A stretch of DNA of 64,000 bases from Octopus sinensis (Eukaryota), in the NCBI RefSeq assembly GCF_006345805.1, contig NC_043010.1, positions 50,406,001-50,470,000 of the forward strand. Direction: 5' to 3'. The translations under genes and the position numbers were made by a program. Under the pieces are notes generated by a model. That model saw only the letters and a program-made list of their open reading frames with translations, was not told where the DNA came from and did not search any database. Shown piece after piece: positions 21,530-34,964 of this stretch (positions are counted from its first letter, which is position 1; each line of letters starts with the position of its first letter).

Positions 21530-22220
21530 GTGTGTGTATGTACAATGATGCTGAAAAACTTCCGATCACAGTCATTGATGATAGAGAAAGCACCACCTTC
21601 AGTAGTTGTGTGTCTGAAAATTAGAGGTGTATTCTTGGAACGAAAAATGTTAGGCATTTTCAGAAAGTCAGCAGAAGATATTTCACCGAAATAGTTTTCA
21701 AAAGCTTCTCTCTTCTCATTTTTAAAAGCGATGTCTTCAACTTCTCGATCAGTTTCTTCCATACGAAGTTTTTTGTGTCATGTTCATGCCCTTGCCTCCC
21801 ACAGAACCTGACCGCTTTAAAAATAACTTCTAATGCTTGCTGGGTTACTTCTTGTTACTGAATTAGCTGCTTATTCAGAGTCATAGATATATCTGTCTTT
21901 GGCCCAAAGTGCTAACTGCTTTCCTTGAGCAAGCGGAACAGCTATTTGAATCGATTTTTCCTGTAATGTTGTCCCAGTTTCGTACACAAGCCAAGAAGGC
22001 AGTTTTCTTAGGCGTTGTAATTCTGTTATGCCGAGCTTCTTCTAGACAATACCGGCAGATAATAGCATCATGCTGAACATCATAATGAAGCCACAGAGCT
22101 TCCTTGAACCAGACTGGCAGTATGAGCGTTTCTTTGCATCCTTGGGGAAGTTGAATCCCTTTCCAGTCACAAATTGTTTTTGTGGCGTGTAAAATTTTGA
22201 TGACACTTCTTGACATGTTG
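21530..22220 (-). pseudogene. hAT transposase fragment (TTF-type zinc finger, ZMYM1/ZNF862-like N-terminus)
   Basis: WFKEALWLHYDVQHDAIICRYC..AF...NW, then ALEVIFKAVRFCGRQG and FSII; multiple stops and frameshifts. Confidence 0.65.
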
Positions 22221-23382
22221 GAAGTGCTTTATCATTAATTTTTTCTCTGAATTACATCTCTACAATTTTCGAATGTCCTGCATTTTCTTGACTTCGAAGG
22301 TCCTGCATTCTCTTGACTTGACATATTACACAGAGCTGATACTAAAGGGAAAAAGTCAAAAAGTGTAAGCAGATCAACAATTTCATATTAGAAAATTAGT
22401 GTTTCGGATCTTTTCAGTTTGGCTGCCAATCTACGAAAATTTAAAGTTTATTGAAAACTTTTAATTTGGTACATTAATGTAGTTTTCCAAGCTGAATTTC
22501 TGGAGATATTTCACTTTTTCCAGCCCCAGACAGACTGATGTCCTGTAAGTGAATTTGATTGGCGAAACTGGTGTAGAAGCTCATCATATGTATAGACGAC
22601 CATCAAATCTCAAAAGTTTCTTTATAAAGACGAAATTCAGATCGGTGGAAGAAATAATGCAGTTAACAAACCGCTGAGATCCTCATTGTGGGATGTGTGA
22701 AATAATTGAACACGAGACAACCAAAAGTTTCCAGAATGGGAAGGAATAGACGGTTAATTCAAGTAAGAATTGCAAAACAAAAAATCGTTTTTACTGCATC
22801 GCATGCTCACAGTGAGGATAATATCGGCCAAACAGGATCAGCCTTAATACATTGCATGCATTAAAGTATATAAACAAAACAAAATAAGCCAAAAATCTTT
22901 CTCTTAGAAATGTTACGTGTTGTAAACATCTAAACATTTGCGCAAGTGGAAAATTGAAAATATTTCCTTTTTTCAAAATAAAGGAAGAAAATGTTCAACT
23001 TCGAAAGGCATAAGAAAACTTTATAAAAATTCTCAGCCAAAAGCTAAAATAGAAATAGTCAACATCACTACTTAAAACAACTTTCCGTCTACCAAATCCA
23101 CTCACAAGGTCGACCCGAGGCTATAGTAGAAAACATTTATCCAAGGTGCCACGCAGTGGAGCTGAAGGCAGAACCATGTGGCTGTGAAACAAGCTTCTTC
23201 TCACACAGCCACACCAGCGCCTGTGTTTTTCGAACTTATGTTTAAAAAATGTCAGAAAGAAAGCGCTGGCACACAATATATGAAAACTTCCTTCCGAAAC
23301 GTTTGACTTATTCTAGTTTTCTTAGATTTTTCTATAGTTAAAGACTTTTTATGTAAGAAAAATCTTACTTCAAATATTCGCG

Positions 23383-23420
<38 letters not shown>

Positions 23421-23596
23421 TGTGTCTGTGTCTGTGTGTATGTGTGTTTGTGTTTTGCTCCACTACTGCTTGACAACAAGGGATTGGTTTGTTTAGGTCC
23501 ATGTAAAAGTGATCGATAAAATAAGTACTGAGATCGATTTGCTTAACTGCATTCTTGAAGGCAGTGCTCCAATATGACTAATAACTGAAACTATTA

Positions 23597-24162
23597 TTGA
23601 GTTGTCCGGAAAGTTCGTGCCGATTTATAGTAGCTTACCTTTCGACTTATTTTAGAACATGGTTGAGTCCATAAAATAGGATTTGACTACACCTCCATTT
23701 AGAGCACAGTTTAAGCTATCTTTTCGTGAAAGAAGGTTTATGTTCCTATAACCTGTTTTAATTCTGTAACCCTTTAAAATGGAAGATAAGAAAGTTCATT
23801 TTTGGCACTTGATGCTTTGGGAACCAGACAAAAATTGCTGCAGCTCGACTGGGATGTGTTACCTCACCCTCCATATTCACCAGATATTGCTCCTTCGGAT
23901 TTCCACTTCTTCAGATCTCTGTAGAATAGTCTTAATGATAAAAATTCCAATTCCTTGGATGACATAAAAAGATACCTTGATGAACTCTTTGCCATGAAAC
24001 CACCTCAATTCTGGGAAGAGGGTATTTTCAAGTTAAAGGAAAGATGGAGACGCATTGTGCAACAAAATGATTCATATTTGGTTGATTAAAAATGTAATGG
24101 CAAGTATTTATTGATCCTTTTCTTTCCTTTAAAAATCGGCACGAACTTTCCGGACAACCCAA
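23597..24162 (+). mobile_element. internally deleted mariner
   Basis: 30-bp TIR TTGAGTTGTCCGGAAAGTTCGTGCCGATTT (1 mismatch between ends), TA TSD; remnants MEDKKVHF and PHPPYSPDIAPSDFHFFRSL...GIFKLKERWRRIV. Confidence 0.92.
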
Positions 24163-24861
24163 TAATAGTAGGGAAAAATTAAAACAAAAAGCAAGACCAG
24201 TAAATGAATCATGAAAACAGAGGCTCTCATGCATTCCCTCAATTGGACATTACGCCAGAGGAAACTACTACAACCCTCTAAAACTTTTCGAGACACCTCA
24301 AAAGAACCAGAACGTTACCGTGTGGGTAATTATAAAGCCGAGACATTGGAACAGCCAAGCACCCTACCCAGTATTTATCTGATAGGTCAGTGAGAAGAGA
24401 CACTAAATGTTCTATGTCAACGGTCTACCAAACTACAAAACCGTCAAAGCCAAAGGCTGAAAATTGTAATTAACTGACATTGTAAACTACAATAGTAAAT
24501 TATATATGAAAGCGGGGCGGAGTCCAGATATCAATTGTTTCATTTATCATAAACTTCCAAAGAACTACTTTACTTAACATCTCCCGAGAGAGAGGTTATT
24601 GTCCTCTGATATTAATTACAAGATGTATACTAGGATTCGGGGTCGATAAATAAAGTACCAATTGCGTACTGGGGCCGATCTAATCGACTGCTCCCCTCCC
24701 TCAAAATTTCGGGTCTTGTGCCTTGAGTAGAAAAGAATAGTGTGACTCCGCTATTAAACACCCGATTGTCTTTTTTATGTATTAAGCTACGGCATATGTT
24801 GTGGTTACAGTTGTTAGTGATTGTTGCTGCTGTTGTTGTTGTAGTATAGTTTTTAGTTTTT

Positions 24862-25035
24862 ACTTGTTTCAGTCATTGTGGACTGCGACCATGCTGTACC
24901 TTTCTACCTCTGTACCTTTCATTTTTTTTTCTTTTAGTCTGGTACTTATTCGATCGGACCCTTTTGCCGAACCGCTTTTTTGGATACAGAAAGAAACCAA
25001 CACCTGTTCTCAAGCGGCAAGGGATCAAACACAAA

Positions 25036-25076
<41 letters not shown>

Positions 25077-25205
25077 GCATGTGTGTGTGCACGACGGATT
25101 TCCACGCAGTTTCTGTTTACTAATTTCACTCAAAGGCATTGATCTGACCGGGGCTATAGCAGAAGACACTTGCTCAAGGTGCCGTATGATAGGACTGAAC
25201 CCGAG
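24862..25205 (-). mobile_element. SINE family A, diverged
   Basis: ACTTGTTTCAGTCATT...GAAGACACTTGCTCAAGGTGCC. Confidence 0.8.
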
Positions 25206-25519
25206 CTTCAAAACAAGAACTAGACACCCACGCCTTAAATAATTTTTTTCTTTTTCGTTTAATCTATAGTTCATTCATTGCTTCTGATCCTTTACAGGGT
25301 CTCTGGGATTGGTGATAAGGAGGGAATTATCCTTAAAGCAGAAACCTGGCCTCGACGTTTGCAGCAGAGTGGATTTTGTTGAAGAAATCCAAGCTATCAG
25401 GAGGTGGTGTTAATCCGGATGTCGTATTATGTATACCATGCAAGTAAACTATGTCAGGATTTCAACTCAGAACTCAAAGAGCCAGAACGAATACCGCGAG
25501 GCAATCTATCCGATATTCT

Positions 25520-25690
25520 TCCTGTTCCGCCAACCCAACTCTCTGGATAGGCACCTTTTGCTTATTGACCCCGAAGAAGATGAAAACGAAGCTGACCTCG
25601 GTCGGATTTGAACTCAGATTGCGGAAAGTCGGAACAAACATCGCGAGACATTCAAAGTAGCGATCAAACGACTCTGCCAATACGCACCAC
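25520..25690 (-). mobile_element. SINE family B, diverged
   Basis: GACCTCGGTCGGATTTGAACTCAGA...GACTCTGCCA. Confidence 0.65.
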
Positions 25691-25713
25691 CTTAGACGAA
25701 CAAACCTGATCAT

Positions 25714-26110
25714 AGGCGCAGGAGTGGCTGTGTAGTAATTAGCTTGCTTACCAACCACATGGTTCCGGGTTCAGTCCCACTGCGTGGCACCTTGGGCAAG
25801 TGTCTTCTGCTATAGCCTCGGGCCGACCAAAGCCTTGTGAGTGGATTTGGTAGACGGAAACTGAAAGAAGCCCGTCGTATATATGTATATATATATGTAT
25901 GTGTGTGCATATGTTTGCCCCCCCCACATCTCTTGACAACCGATGCTGGTGTGTTTACGTCCCCGTAATTTAGCGGTTCGGCAACAGAGACCGATAGAAT
26001 AAGTACTAGGCTTACAAAGAATAAGTCCTGGGGTCGATATGCTCGGCTAAAAGGCGGTGCTCCAGCATGGCCACAGTGAAATGACTGAAACAAGTAAAAG
26101 AGTAAAGAGT
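25714..26110 (+). mobile_element. SINE family A, full length
   Basis: AGGCGCAGGAGTGGCTGTG head to GTAAAAGAGTAAAGAG tail. Confidence 0.92.
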
Positions 26111-26398
26111 ATCGGTATTTAAAACGGTTAGCATCTTATCACTTTAGGGATATCATCGATTACACTACATAATGTAGCCCTGCCATTATTTTCTTAAAGA
26201 CCATAAAGTGTGATTTGAGGGAGATTTGGCTGTTATTTTCTGTAGCTTGAGTTACCGCGCAGAGATTCCACTCGGCTTCTGGTCCATAGTGCATTTACGT
26301 GGGGCATTGAGAAAAGTCGATTCTTGACAGCCTGAAACGAATCCATACTTAATTGCGGTCGACTTCATCTTTCAGAGGCCACTGTAGTAGTAGTAGTG

Positions 26399-26440
<42 letters not shown>

Positions 26441-26699
26441 AAAATAACGAGCGGTTTAGAGTCGGGTCTGTGTTCTCGAACATTTTTATGACAATCAATT
26501 AAGTGGTCTCCTGTTACGCGGTCCAAGATGTGTATAAGTCTATATAGGAATACATCATCTATTGTGTTATACCCTTATTAAAAATTGTAGGTGTACAATT
26601 TCAGGGTGATTTTGCTACTATTTTACCAGGTCAGGCACATTGGGTTGAAAGAAAGTATCTATTAATTTTGATCAAGGCTAGCTAAATATACGTTTACTC

Positions 26700-26880
26700 T
26701 TTCACTCTTTTACTTGTTTCAGTCATTTGACTGTGGCCGTGCTGGTGCACCTCCTTTAGTCAAGCAAATCGACCCCAGGACTTATTCTTTATAAGCCTAG
26801 AACTTATTCTATTGGTTTCTTTTGACGAACTACTAAGTTACGGGTACGTAAACACACCAGCAATGTCAAGCGATGCTGGG
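26700..26880 (-). mobile_element. SINE family A, 3' half
   Basis: ACTCTTTTACTTGTTTCAGTCATTTGACTG. Confidence 0.85.
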
Positions 26881-27309
26881 GGGGGGGGCAACATCAGTTT
26901 GTTTATTAAAGTTTTTTTTTTAATTTCTGCTTGTGTTCGTATAAGAAATTGTTCTTATGGACCTTAAGAGTAATATAGGTTGTCGTATCAGACACAATCA
27001 TTACCCGCACACGTGTATCGCATGATAACTTACTTTCGCTATTTTTTTAAGTGCTTGTGTACTTGCGAGTAAATATAGACACTCTCTTGTTTCTCTCACC
27101 CTTCACCCACCAGAGCATTGAAGATGTGATAGCTGAAGTAGAGAGAGCTGCACGAGCATGAGACTGGTTCTTACTTTTCAGCTGAAAATTATCAATGTGA
27201 AATAATCTACCCTGCTCAAGGTCATCACAGCTTCCCGATTCAGGAATTGAACCCATGACCATGTGATCTTGAACTCAACATTTTAACCACTATGTATTGT
27301 ATATATATA

Positions 27310-27356
<47 letters not shown>

Positions 27357-27445
27357 TTTATATATATATTAGGAAATATTATTCCAAACTTATAGGGAAA
27401 AATTCAATTTAGTAATACTAAATCAAATTTCACAATGTATATGTA

Positions 27446-28133
27446 TATAAATTAGAGAAGAACCACCTTTTATCAATTCGACAATGAAATAACAATGATA
27501 TAATTAAATTATACCATACTAGCAGTATCGCCCGGCGTTGCTCGGGTTTGTAAGGGAAATAACTATATAAGCATTTTTAGAGATGTAAAGTATAATAGCC
27601 ATCTCAATATGACTAACCACAAAGGGAGTGTTACTGTAGCTTTTTACGTTCTGAGATTTAATAATAAATTTTAGAGAGTTACTTCCCTTATATAATAACA
27701 AAAAATGCATTAAAAATGGGGAAAAATGATGGTAAATTTTTTTTTAAATCGTAGACTCATCGTAGACGCGCGCTGAATACCCAGAAGGGCTCGATATGAA
27801 TTACGACTATAAGATACCCGGTTTTGGTTAAACTGCACCGCAAAATGTGGGAGTAGTTAGGAATCTAAATCGTAGGAGACAGACACACAACTTCACTTTT
27901 ATATATAAAGATATAGAAAAAAATTAAATATACAATAAAGCATATACCAATAATTAAGTAAAGTATATAATAATGAATAGTCATTTTACCAATTATATAC
28001 ATTTTATTTATTATTATGTACTTTACTTAATTATTGGTATATGTTTTATTGTATATTTAATTTTTTTCTGTGTGGTATAATTTAATTATATCATTATTTC
28101 ATTGTTGAATTGATAAAAGGTGGTTCTTCTCTA

Positions 28134-28140
<7 letters not shown>
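27446..28140. mobile_element. PLE-type inverted terminal repeat (arms of about 135 bp), left arm split by a Helitron
   Basis: 27446-27517 plus 27912-27980 is the reverse complement of 28005-28140; both outer ends abut (TA)n. Confidence 0.7.
27519..27911 (-). mobile_element. non-autonomous Helitron, single copy
   Basis: Same termini as 16241-16546, A|T site. Confidence 0.88.
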
Positions 28141-28213
<73 letters not shown>

Positions 28214-28237
28214 TAAATATATATATATATATATATG

Positions 28238-28343
<106 letters not shown>

Positions 28344-28861
28344 TATATATGATAGTTTATTTTTAGATTTGAAAATGCACCTTGATCTGAAAAACGCGTA
28401 GTTGTTTTTAAAAGATTTATTCACATACCAAACTAATTTCGACAAATTTTTGCTTACCAACGGTACAAATATATATTGAAAAAAGAAAATGTAAATATTA
28501 GACAAACATGTTTAAACCATCAAATGTTCAATTCTCCTTTATTTTTTCCTGTGTGAAAATACACATCTTTCCATATATATATATACATAAAAACCAAAAT
28601 AGTGAAAAAACTACAGAAGGCTGGTTAAAGAATATACCTAAATCGTTATGTTAGGAAAATGTTATAAAATTTTGCGTATAGTAACATAGTTTTTGGAGAA
28701 TTAACCGGTTTTCGTATTTTCGTGTTTCACATACCAACTCTCTCACCTATATATATATATATTTGCCAAATAAGCACACGCACTATGTATTTTTTTCTTC
28801 ACTCGTTTATTACTGTTCATATTTTATTATTTTACTCATGTCCATTGTCTGCATACTTTCG

Positions 28862-28908
<47 letters not shown>

Positions 28909-29178
28909 GTATGTATGTATGTATGTATGTATGTATGTATGTATGTATGTATGTATGTATGTATGTATGTATGTATGTATGTATGTCAGCGACACTTTTC
29001 ATTTTCGTGTGTGTTCTTCCTCCACTTTCTCCATTCGTCACAGATGTGGACGAAAGATATGCAGACAATGGACATGAGTAAAATAATAAAATATGAACAG
29101 TAAAAACGAGTGAAAAAAAAATACATATTTTTTCCTGTGTGAAAATACACATCTTTCCATATATATATACATACATAC

Positions 29179-29284
<106 letters not shown>

Positions 29285-29379
29285 TGTATGTATGTAGTTT
29301 CGCTTCAAGTTCATTTCTTTTGTAGTATAAAATTAGGAAAATATAGAAAGCATCTAAAAACGTAAAGCGTTTTACAAAG

Positions 29380-29417
29380 CCTTTACATTTCAGGCGCAGA
29401 GGTCCATCCTCAGAAGG
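29380..29417 (-). ncRNA. minimal hammerhead motif, degenerate stem II
   Basis: CCTT-CTGAGGA-TGGACCTCTGCGCCT-GAAA-TGTA-AAGG. Confidence 0.5.
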
Positions 29418-29569
29418 AAGCACCTGAAATAAAAGGTTTTGCAAATCTTACGCAATTTTAGCTTTCTATATTTTCTTTTCTTTTTCTACATCACACACAC
29501 ACATACACACCACACACAACATATATATATATTATATATATATATATATATATGATGTATGATTTATAT

Positions 29570-29629
<60 letters not shown>

Positions 29630-29840
29630 TATATATATATATATATTATAAATGGAGTTAAACGTAGGTGTTATTCAAATTCTTTTACTTCGACACATGT
29701 TTCGAAGATATCACTGGTATTATTCCAAAGGAATAAAATGATGTAAAACAATGTAATCTTCTCTTCAGGGAAGTGAAGAGATGTTAACAAGGGAAAAATA
29801 CACACATCTATATATATATCTTCATATATATACAGAGACT

Positions 29841-29978
29841 TTTATTAAAGCTGCAAAATTATCACAAAACTGTTACTCAGAGTTTCACGTTCCCGTTCGT
29901 CGAACAGTTGTGGGAAACTGTCCGACGAACGGGAACGCGAAACTCTGAGTTTTGTGATAATTTTGCAGCTTTAATAAA
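29841..29978. repeat. inverted repeat containing two head-to-head hammerhead motifs
   Basis: Arms of about 65 bp; minus arm CTGT-TCGACGA-ACG(GGAA)CGT-GAAA-CTCTGAGTA-ACAG; plus arm CTGT-CCGACGA-ACG(GGAA)CGC-GAAA-CTCTGAGT with stem I 3' strand deleted. Confidence 0.75.
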
Positions 29979-30045
29979 GGCATATTAGTCTACATTTGGT
30001 ATTCGAGTACTATATTTTCCACATTGTTTTGCACTTATGTACTCA

Positions 30046-30084
<39 letters not shown>

Positions 30085-31000
30085 TGTGTGTGTATGTGTG
30101 TGTGTGGGTGGGAGTAAGCAGTAAAGAGCTAAAAAAAATAGTAGGCGTAAGGAGTGTATTCATATGGAAAGTTGTGTGTGCAAGTAGATGAATAAATGAC
30201 TGGTGTAATCTAGTTTTATATTTATAGCAACTCTGGATAAACAATGAGTTGTGCCATAACCATGTATTGTGTAATAATAATTGTAGGTGTATGGACTAGT
30301 CAGATTTTGAGAGATCCATGATGCGAAATCATATTATTTGGGAACAAGTTCACAAAAAGAACGACCCAGGTTCAAATCCCGCTGGAGACAGGATTTTGGA
30401 CAGCATCAGGAGGACACCTGAGAATCATGACCCAAGTGGGACCGGCTCCCGTAGAGTGTCTGGTATAAGGGCCCAAACCCTTGCCGGATGGGGGTTTTTC
30501 CTTTTCTGAAGCTCTCTCCTGCTGTGCTTTTGCCTTATAGCGAGTTTCTGTATTTATTTTCTTTTTATCCTCATCATAAGACTCTGGCAAATAACTTAGT
30601 AGAAAGCAATGTGTATAAATACATAAATTCAACAGGGAAAAAGATAAAAGGGTTGAGGTGGGTTGGTGTGGAGGTTTAAAGTGAACATGGAGGGAAGTTA
30701 TTGATATAGGCATCAAGACAAAAGATGGCAATAAAAATAGGGAAGTAGGCCAAGGAAGCTAGATCGAAGGTGAAGCTAGTGACTAACGAAAAAGAAATTA
30801 ACAGTGAGAGATAAAAAAAAAATGTTTAGTGAATGATAAAGAGACGCAAGCAGATACATAGTGTATCATAAATCAGTTGATCAGACAAGGTAAGAAGAAA
30901 ATGTAGACGCTAACAGGATGTCAGTCTCATCGTGAACATAGGTCAGTAAAATGGAAGCGAGGTCAGAAGATGTAACAGTGTGTTGATAAGAGATAGAGGG

Positions 31001-31440
31001 GGATCTTTTCGGTTTGAACGTCAGTTTTTTTCTAGCGGTGTCATATGAAATTGTCACCCATAATTATGACCCTAGTATCGATCTATTGCATTTCAATCTG
31101 TTTTCGGGTTAGGGTTAGTTAGGGTAAGGATTAGGGTTAGGGGTGGGGGAAGGGTATCTTTTTTTCTTCAAAAATGTAAATAAACCCAATCTGTTTCTTA
31201 AACGAGGGGCATATTCATACGGCACAGAATGTTTTCACCTCAATAGACGTCATTGATTGGTTGAAATTGCAGAAATTGAAGAAAAAAAACAACAAATATC
31301 TTACAAACTATAGAATTTTCTCAATAAAGCCAAGAGAAAAAGATGTTTTATAAACACATTCTACCAGTATACAAAGTTTAAAAGTGTTTAGTTACGTGGA
31401 AATTATTTTTAAAAAACTGCCGTTCAAACCGAAAAGATCC
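31001..31440. mobile_element. 440-bp MITE, Merlin-like ends, internal (TTAGGG)n
   Basis: 28-bp TIR GGATCTTTTCGGTTTGAACG.CAGTTTT; perfect 8-bp TSD ATAGAGGG (30993-31000, 31441-31448). Confidence 0.92.
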
Positions 31441-31619
31441 ATAGAGGGTACTGCCAATATATTACGTTTCTTGTATCTATCTCATTTGTTTGACTATATT
31501 TTATATATATTTTCTCACTTTAAACTACTGCGTACAACCGGTTAGCTATAACATTGTTTTAACCATGTAATAAATATTACGCTCCCCACTACCTCACGCC
31601 ACGGACGCTTCTCTCTCCT

Positions 31620-31842
31620 TCAGGCAGAAACGTTAGCACGCCGGGCGAAATGCGTAGCCGTATTTCGTCTGCCGTTACGTTCTGAGTTCAAATTCCGCCG
31701 AGGTCAACTTTGCCTTTCATCCTTTCGGGGTCGATAAATTAATTACCAGTTACGCACTGGGGTCGACGAAATCAACTTAATCCCTTTGTCTGTTCTTGTT
31801 TGTCTCCTCTGTGTTTAGCCCCTTGTGGGTAGTAAAGAAATA
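31620..31842 (+). mobile_element. SINE family B, near full length
   Basis: GGCAGAAACGTTAGCACGCCGGGCGAAATGCG...GGGTAGTAAAGAAATA. Confidence 0.92.
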
Positions 31843-32147
31843 TATCTCACTCTTCACCTTATCCTGTTTTTCTCTCCGTTCTTTCTTTCTCCTGTCTTTC
31901 CTTTCAACTAATCACGTGAAAGCGTAACAATTACATTCCATCTACTCACGTCAAGGACGCCTCTCTCTCCCTCTTTTCTCGCTCTCTTTTTCCTCCCTTC
32001 CTCATTTTCTCTTTGCCTCTTTTCTCTCTCCCTCTTTTCTTTCTCCCTTATTTTCTCTAATCATGTGAAAGCGTTACTGATGGGCTAAGCACGCAAATGA
32101 CATGCAGGAATTATTATAAATGTAAGTATGTATGTATATAAACATGC

Positions 32148-32243
<96 letters not shown>

Positions 32244-32291
32244 CACACACACAACAAACACACGCGCGCACACACCACACACACACACACA

Positions 32292-32328
<37 letters not shown>

Positions 32329-33393
32329 GATATATATATATATTATATCCACATAAACTACGTATACAAACTTGCATACATACACGTGTAATATGTATGT
32401 GTGTATCAGCTCTTCCCACTCTAGAGATATCGAGTAATTCAAATGGCAAGTCTTTCCTTCCTATACACATTTTTTCATGATGAAAAAACGTATTATCTAT
32501 TAAGTGTTAAATGTCAGATTTCAAACCTTTGGCCCGTTTTCGCCAGAACCGTGCCATCAGAACAAATTATGTGTGTCTATATATATATGTATACTATATA
32601 TATTATATATATATATAAATATATATACATATATATAGATATATATATATACATACATATTTATACATACATATATCCACATATATGTGTGCTTGTATAT
32701 ATATGTACATATATCTATATATATTATATTGTATATATATATTATATATATCAGATATATATATATTATATATATATATACATATACATTTATGTATATA
32801 TCAATTTATGTGTGTGTGGAGCGAAAAAGGTAGTTTTACACAGATTTTTTAAATATATTTTCAAGAATATATTTTTTATTGCGAAACCCTTTAAAAACAA
32901 CTGTGTTACAAATCTGAATTTCTGAAATTTACAACTTCAAGTTCGGCAGCCCACTTGAAATTTTGAATAATGAGCGAAAAACCAATTTATGACACGTTTG
33001 CCGTTCCAGATTTTATTTTTTTACATACATTATTACAAATTAATTTTCAATTCAAAACTCTTTGAAAACAAGCTCTAAAATGCACTTGAAATTTCGTAAT
33101 TATGTGAAATAATAGACGTTTCGACTTTGTTTCCTTTATTATTTTTAATACTCGGTCACTGAATATATATATGTGTTACATGAAGTGTAGATTACAAACA
33201 CATTAAAATAAAATTACGTGTAAATCAATTTTTGATTATTGTCACATTTTGGTGATGAAAACAAATAACATTTCCAATTTATTCGAAATAATTCCACGTA
33301 ACTAAATAATACAAACCGCTGTAATGCATTTCTTTTCGTTCCAGTAATAAAGGCAATTAACTTTTTTCGGAGTCGAGAATTAGCATCTCACCC

Positions 33394-33806
33394 TCAAATA
33401 AAGAATGGAACAGTCAAAGATTTATAGTTTTGGAAATTCCTAAAACGACATAATGCTAATTGCTTGTTATGTTTAAAATAGCTATAACTAAACAATTCTA
33501 ATTGATTATTGCTCTGTTTTCTTTCAATTCGAAGTCCTTTTTTGCCTTGAACACCAGAATTTTTTTCTCTTGATTTCCTAATGAAACCACAAACATTTGA
33601 TATTGCTTTTGTCTCGAGTTTTACACATATTTCCACAGCTTGGGTGTGACACGGTAATTTTTCCAGTTGCATTAAATGCCGCTGTTGAATGAAGATATCA
33701 GTTTTTTCATCGGAAATTGCTCGTGTTAGAGGTGGTTCAATAATAATAATGTCCTGCCATTTAATTATGTCCATGTAGTTTGAGGTAGCAAAGTTTAGGG
33801 TAGGAA
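33394..33806 (-). pseudogene. DNA transposase C-terminal fragment (hAT/hATm-like)
   Basis: PTLNFATSNYMDIIKW...EPPLT...LPCHTQAVEICVKL; motif assignment from memory; truncated by the N gap. Confidence 0.5.
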
Positions 33807-33906
33807 NNNNNNNNNNNNNNNNNNNNNNNNNNNNNNNNNNNNNNNNNNNNNNNNNNNNNNNNNNNNNNNNNNNNNNNNNNNNNNNNNNNNNNNNNNNNNN
33901 NNNNNN
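33807..33906. other. assembly gap (100 N)
   Basis: Direct reading. Confidence 1.
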
Positions 33907-34175
33907 TCTCTTCTGTTTTTTTTTTTTACCGATTACAACATAATTAAACATGTCGGCATAATGCGACCTTTGGCAGTTGTGACGTTTTCCCGTTGCTACA
34001 GGCACACACGCACACACACACACACACACACACACGCATACACACACATTCGTACACACAAACGTACACATACCTGCACACATGCACACACTTGTACATC
34101 CGTACAGAGAGAGTCTCACACGCTTGCACAGATGAACTCACACACACACACACACACACACACGCATACCATCAA

Positions 34176-34212
<37 letters not shown>

Positions 34213-34923
34213 CACACACACACACTGATATATATCAGTTGAACTTTAAACACCAACGTCATATTGTAACTCGCTCCCGCAAAAAGAAGAGTCGTGTCAG
34301 TTGGTCATTACAAACACCCAAAGGCTGCTGCTGTTTTTTTTTCTTACATCTGTAACAAGTGAACGGTGATATTTTTCTTCGCCACCAGGAGACCAACAGC
34401 ATCACCGAAATAAAATAAAAGTTTTTAAAATGGACAACAACAGCAAAATAATGAGGAGAACTATCAGCATATTACTTGTTTTCAATCTGTGGATATCTTT
34501 ATCCGCCGCAGATACCTTTTGTCGTAAGTTCAGAAATCTTTCCAACTATTTTATTTTGTAAAGTAGTAAATCCAATTTTTAACGTTTTTGTTTTTGTTGT
34601 CTTTTTTTTTTAAATCTTTTTACATGTTTCAGTCATTAGACTGCGGTCATGCTGGGGCACCGCCTTGAAGAAGTTTTGGTCGAACGAATCGACCCCAGTA
34701 CATAGTGTTTTTTGAAATCTTGATACATATTCTGTCGATCTCTATTGTGGAACACCGCTAAGTTATAGGGATATAAACAAACCTTCACCAATTGTCAAGC
34801 GGTAGTGGAGGAGAAATGCAGGAACACACACGCACACACACACATACATGCACGCACGCACACGCACGTACGCACGTGCACGCACTCATACACATTATGT
34901 ATATGTATGTGTATGCATATATA

Positions 34924-34959
<36 letters not shown>

Positions 34960-34964
34960 GGTTA

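Noticed and set aside
24200-24600. PLE endonuclease remnant or exon
   Set aside because: Weak ERYR...STLPSIY similarity only, with no splice pair or YIG motif.
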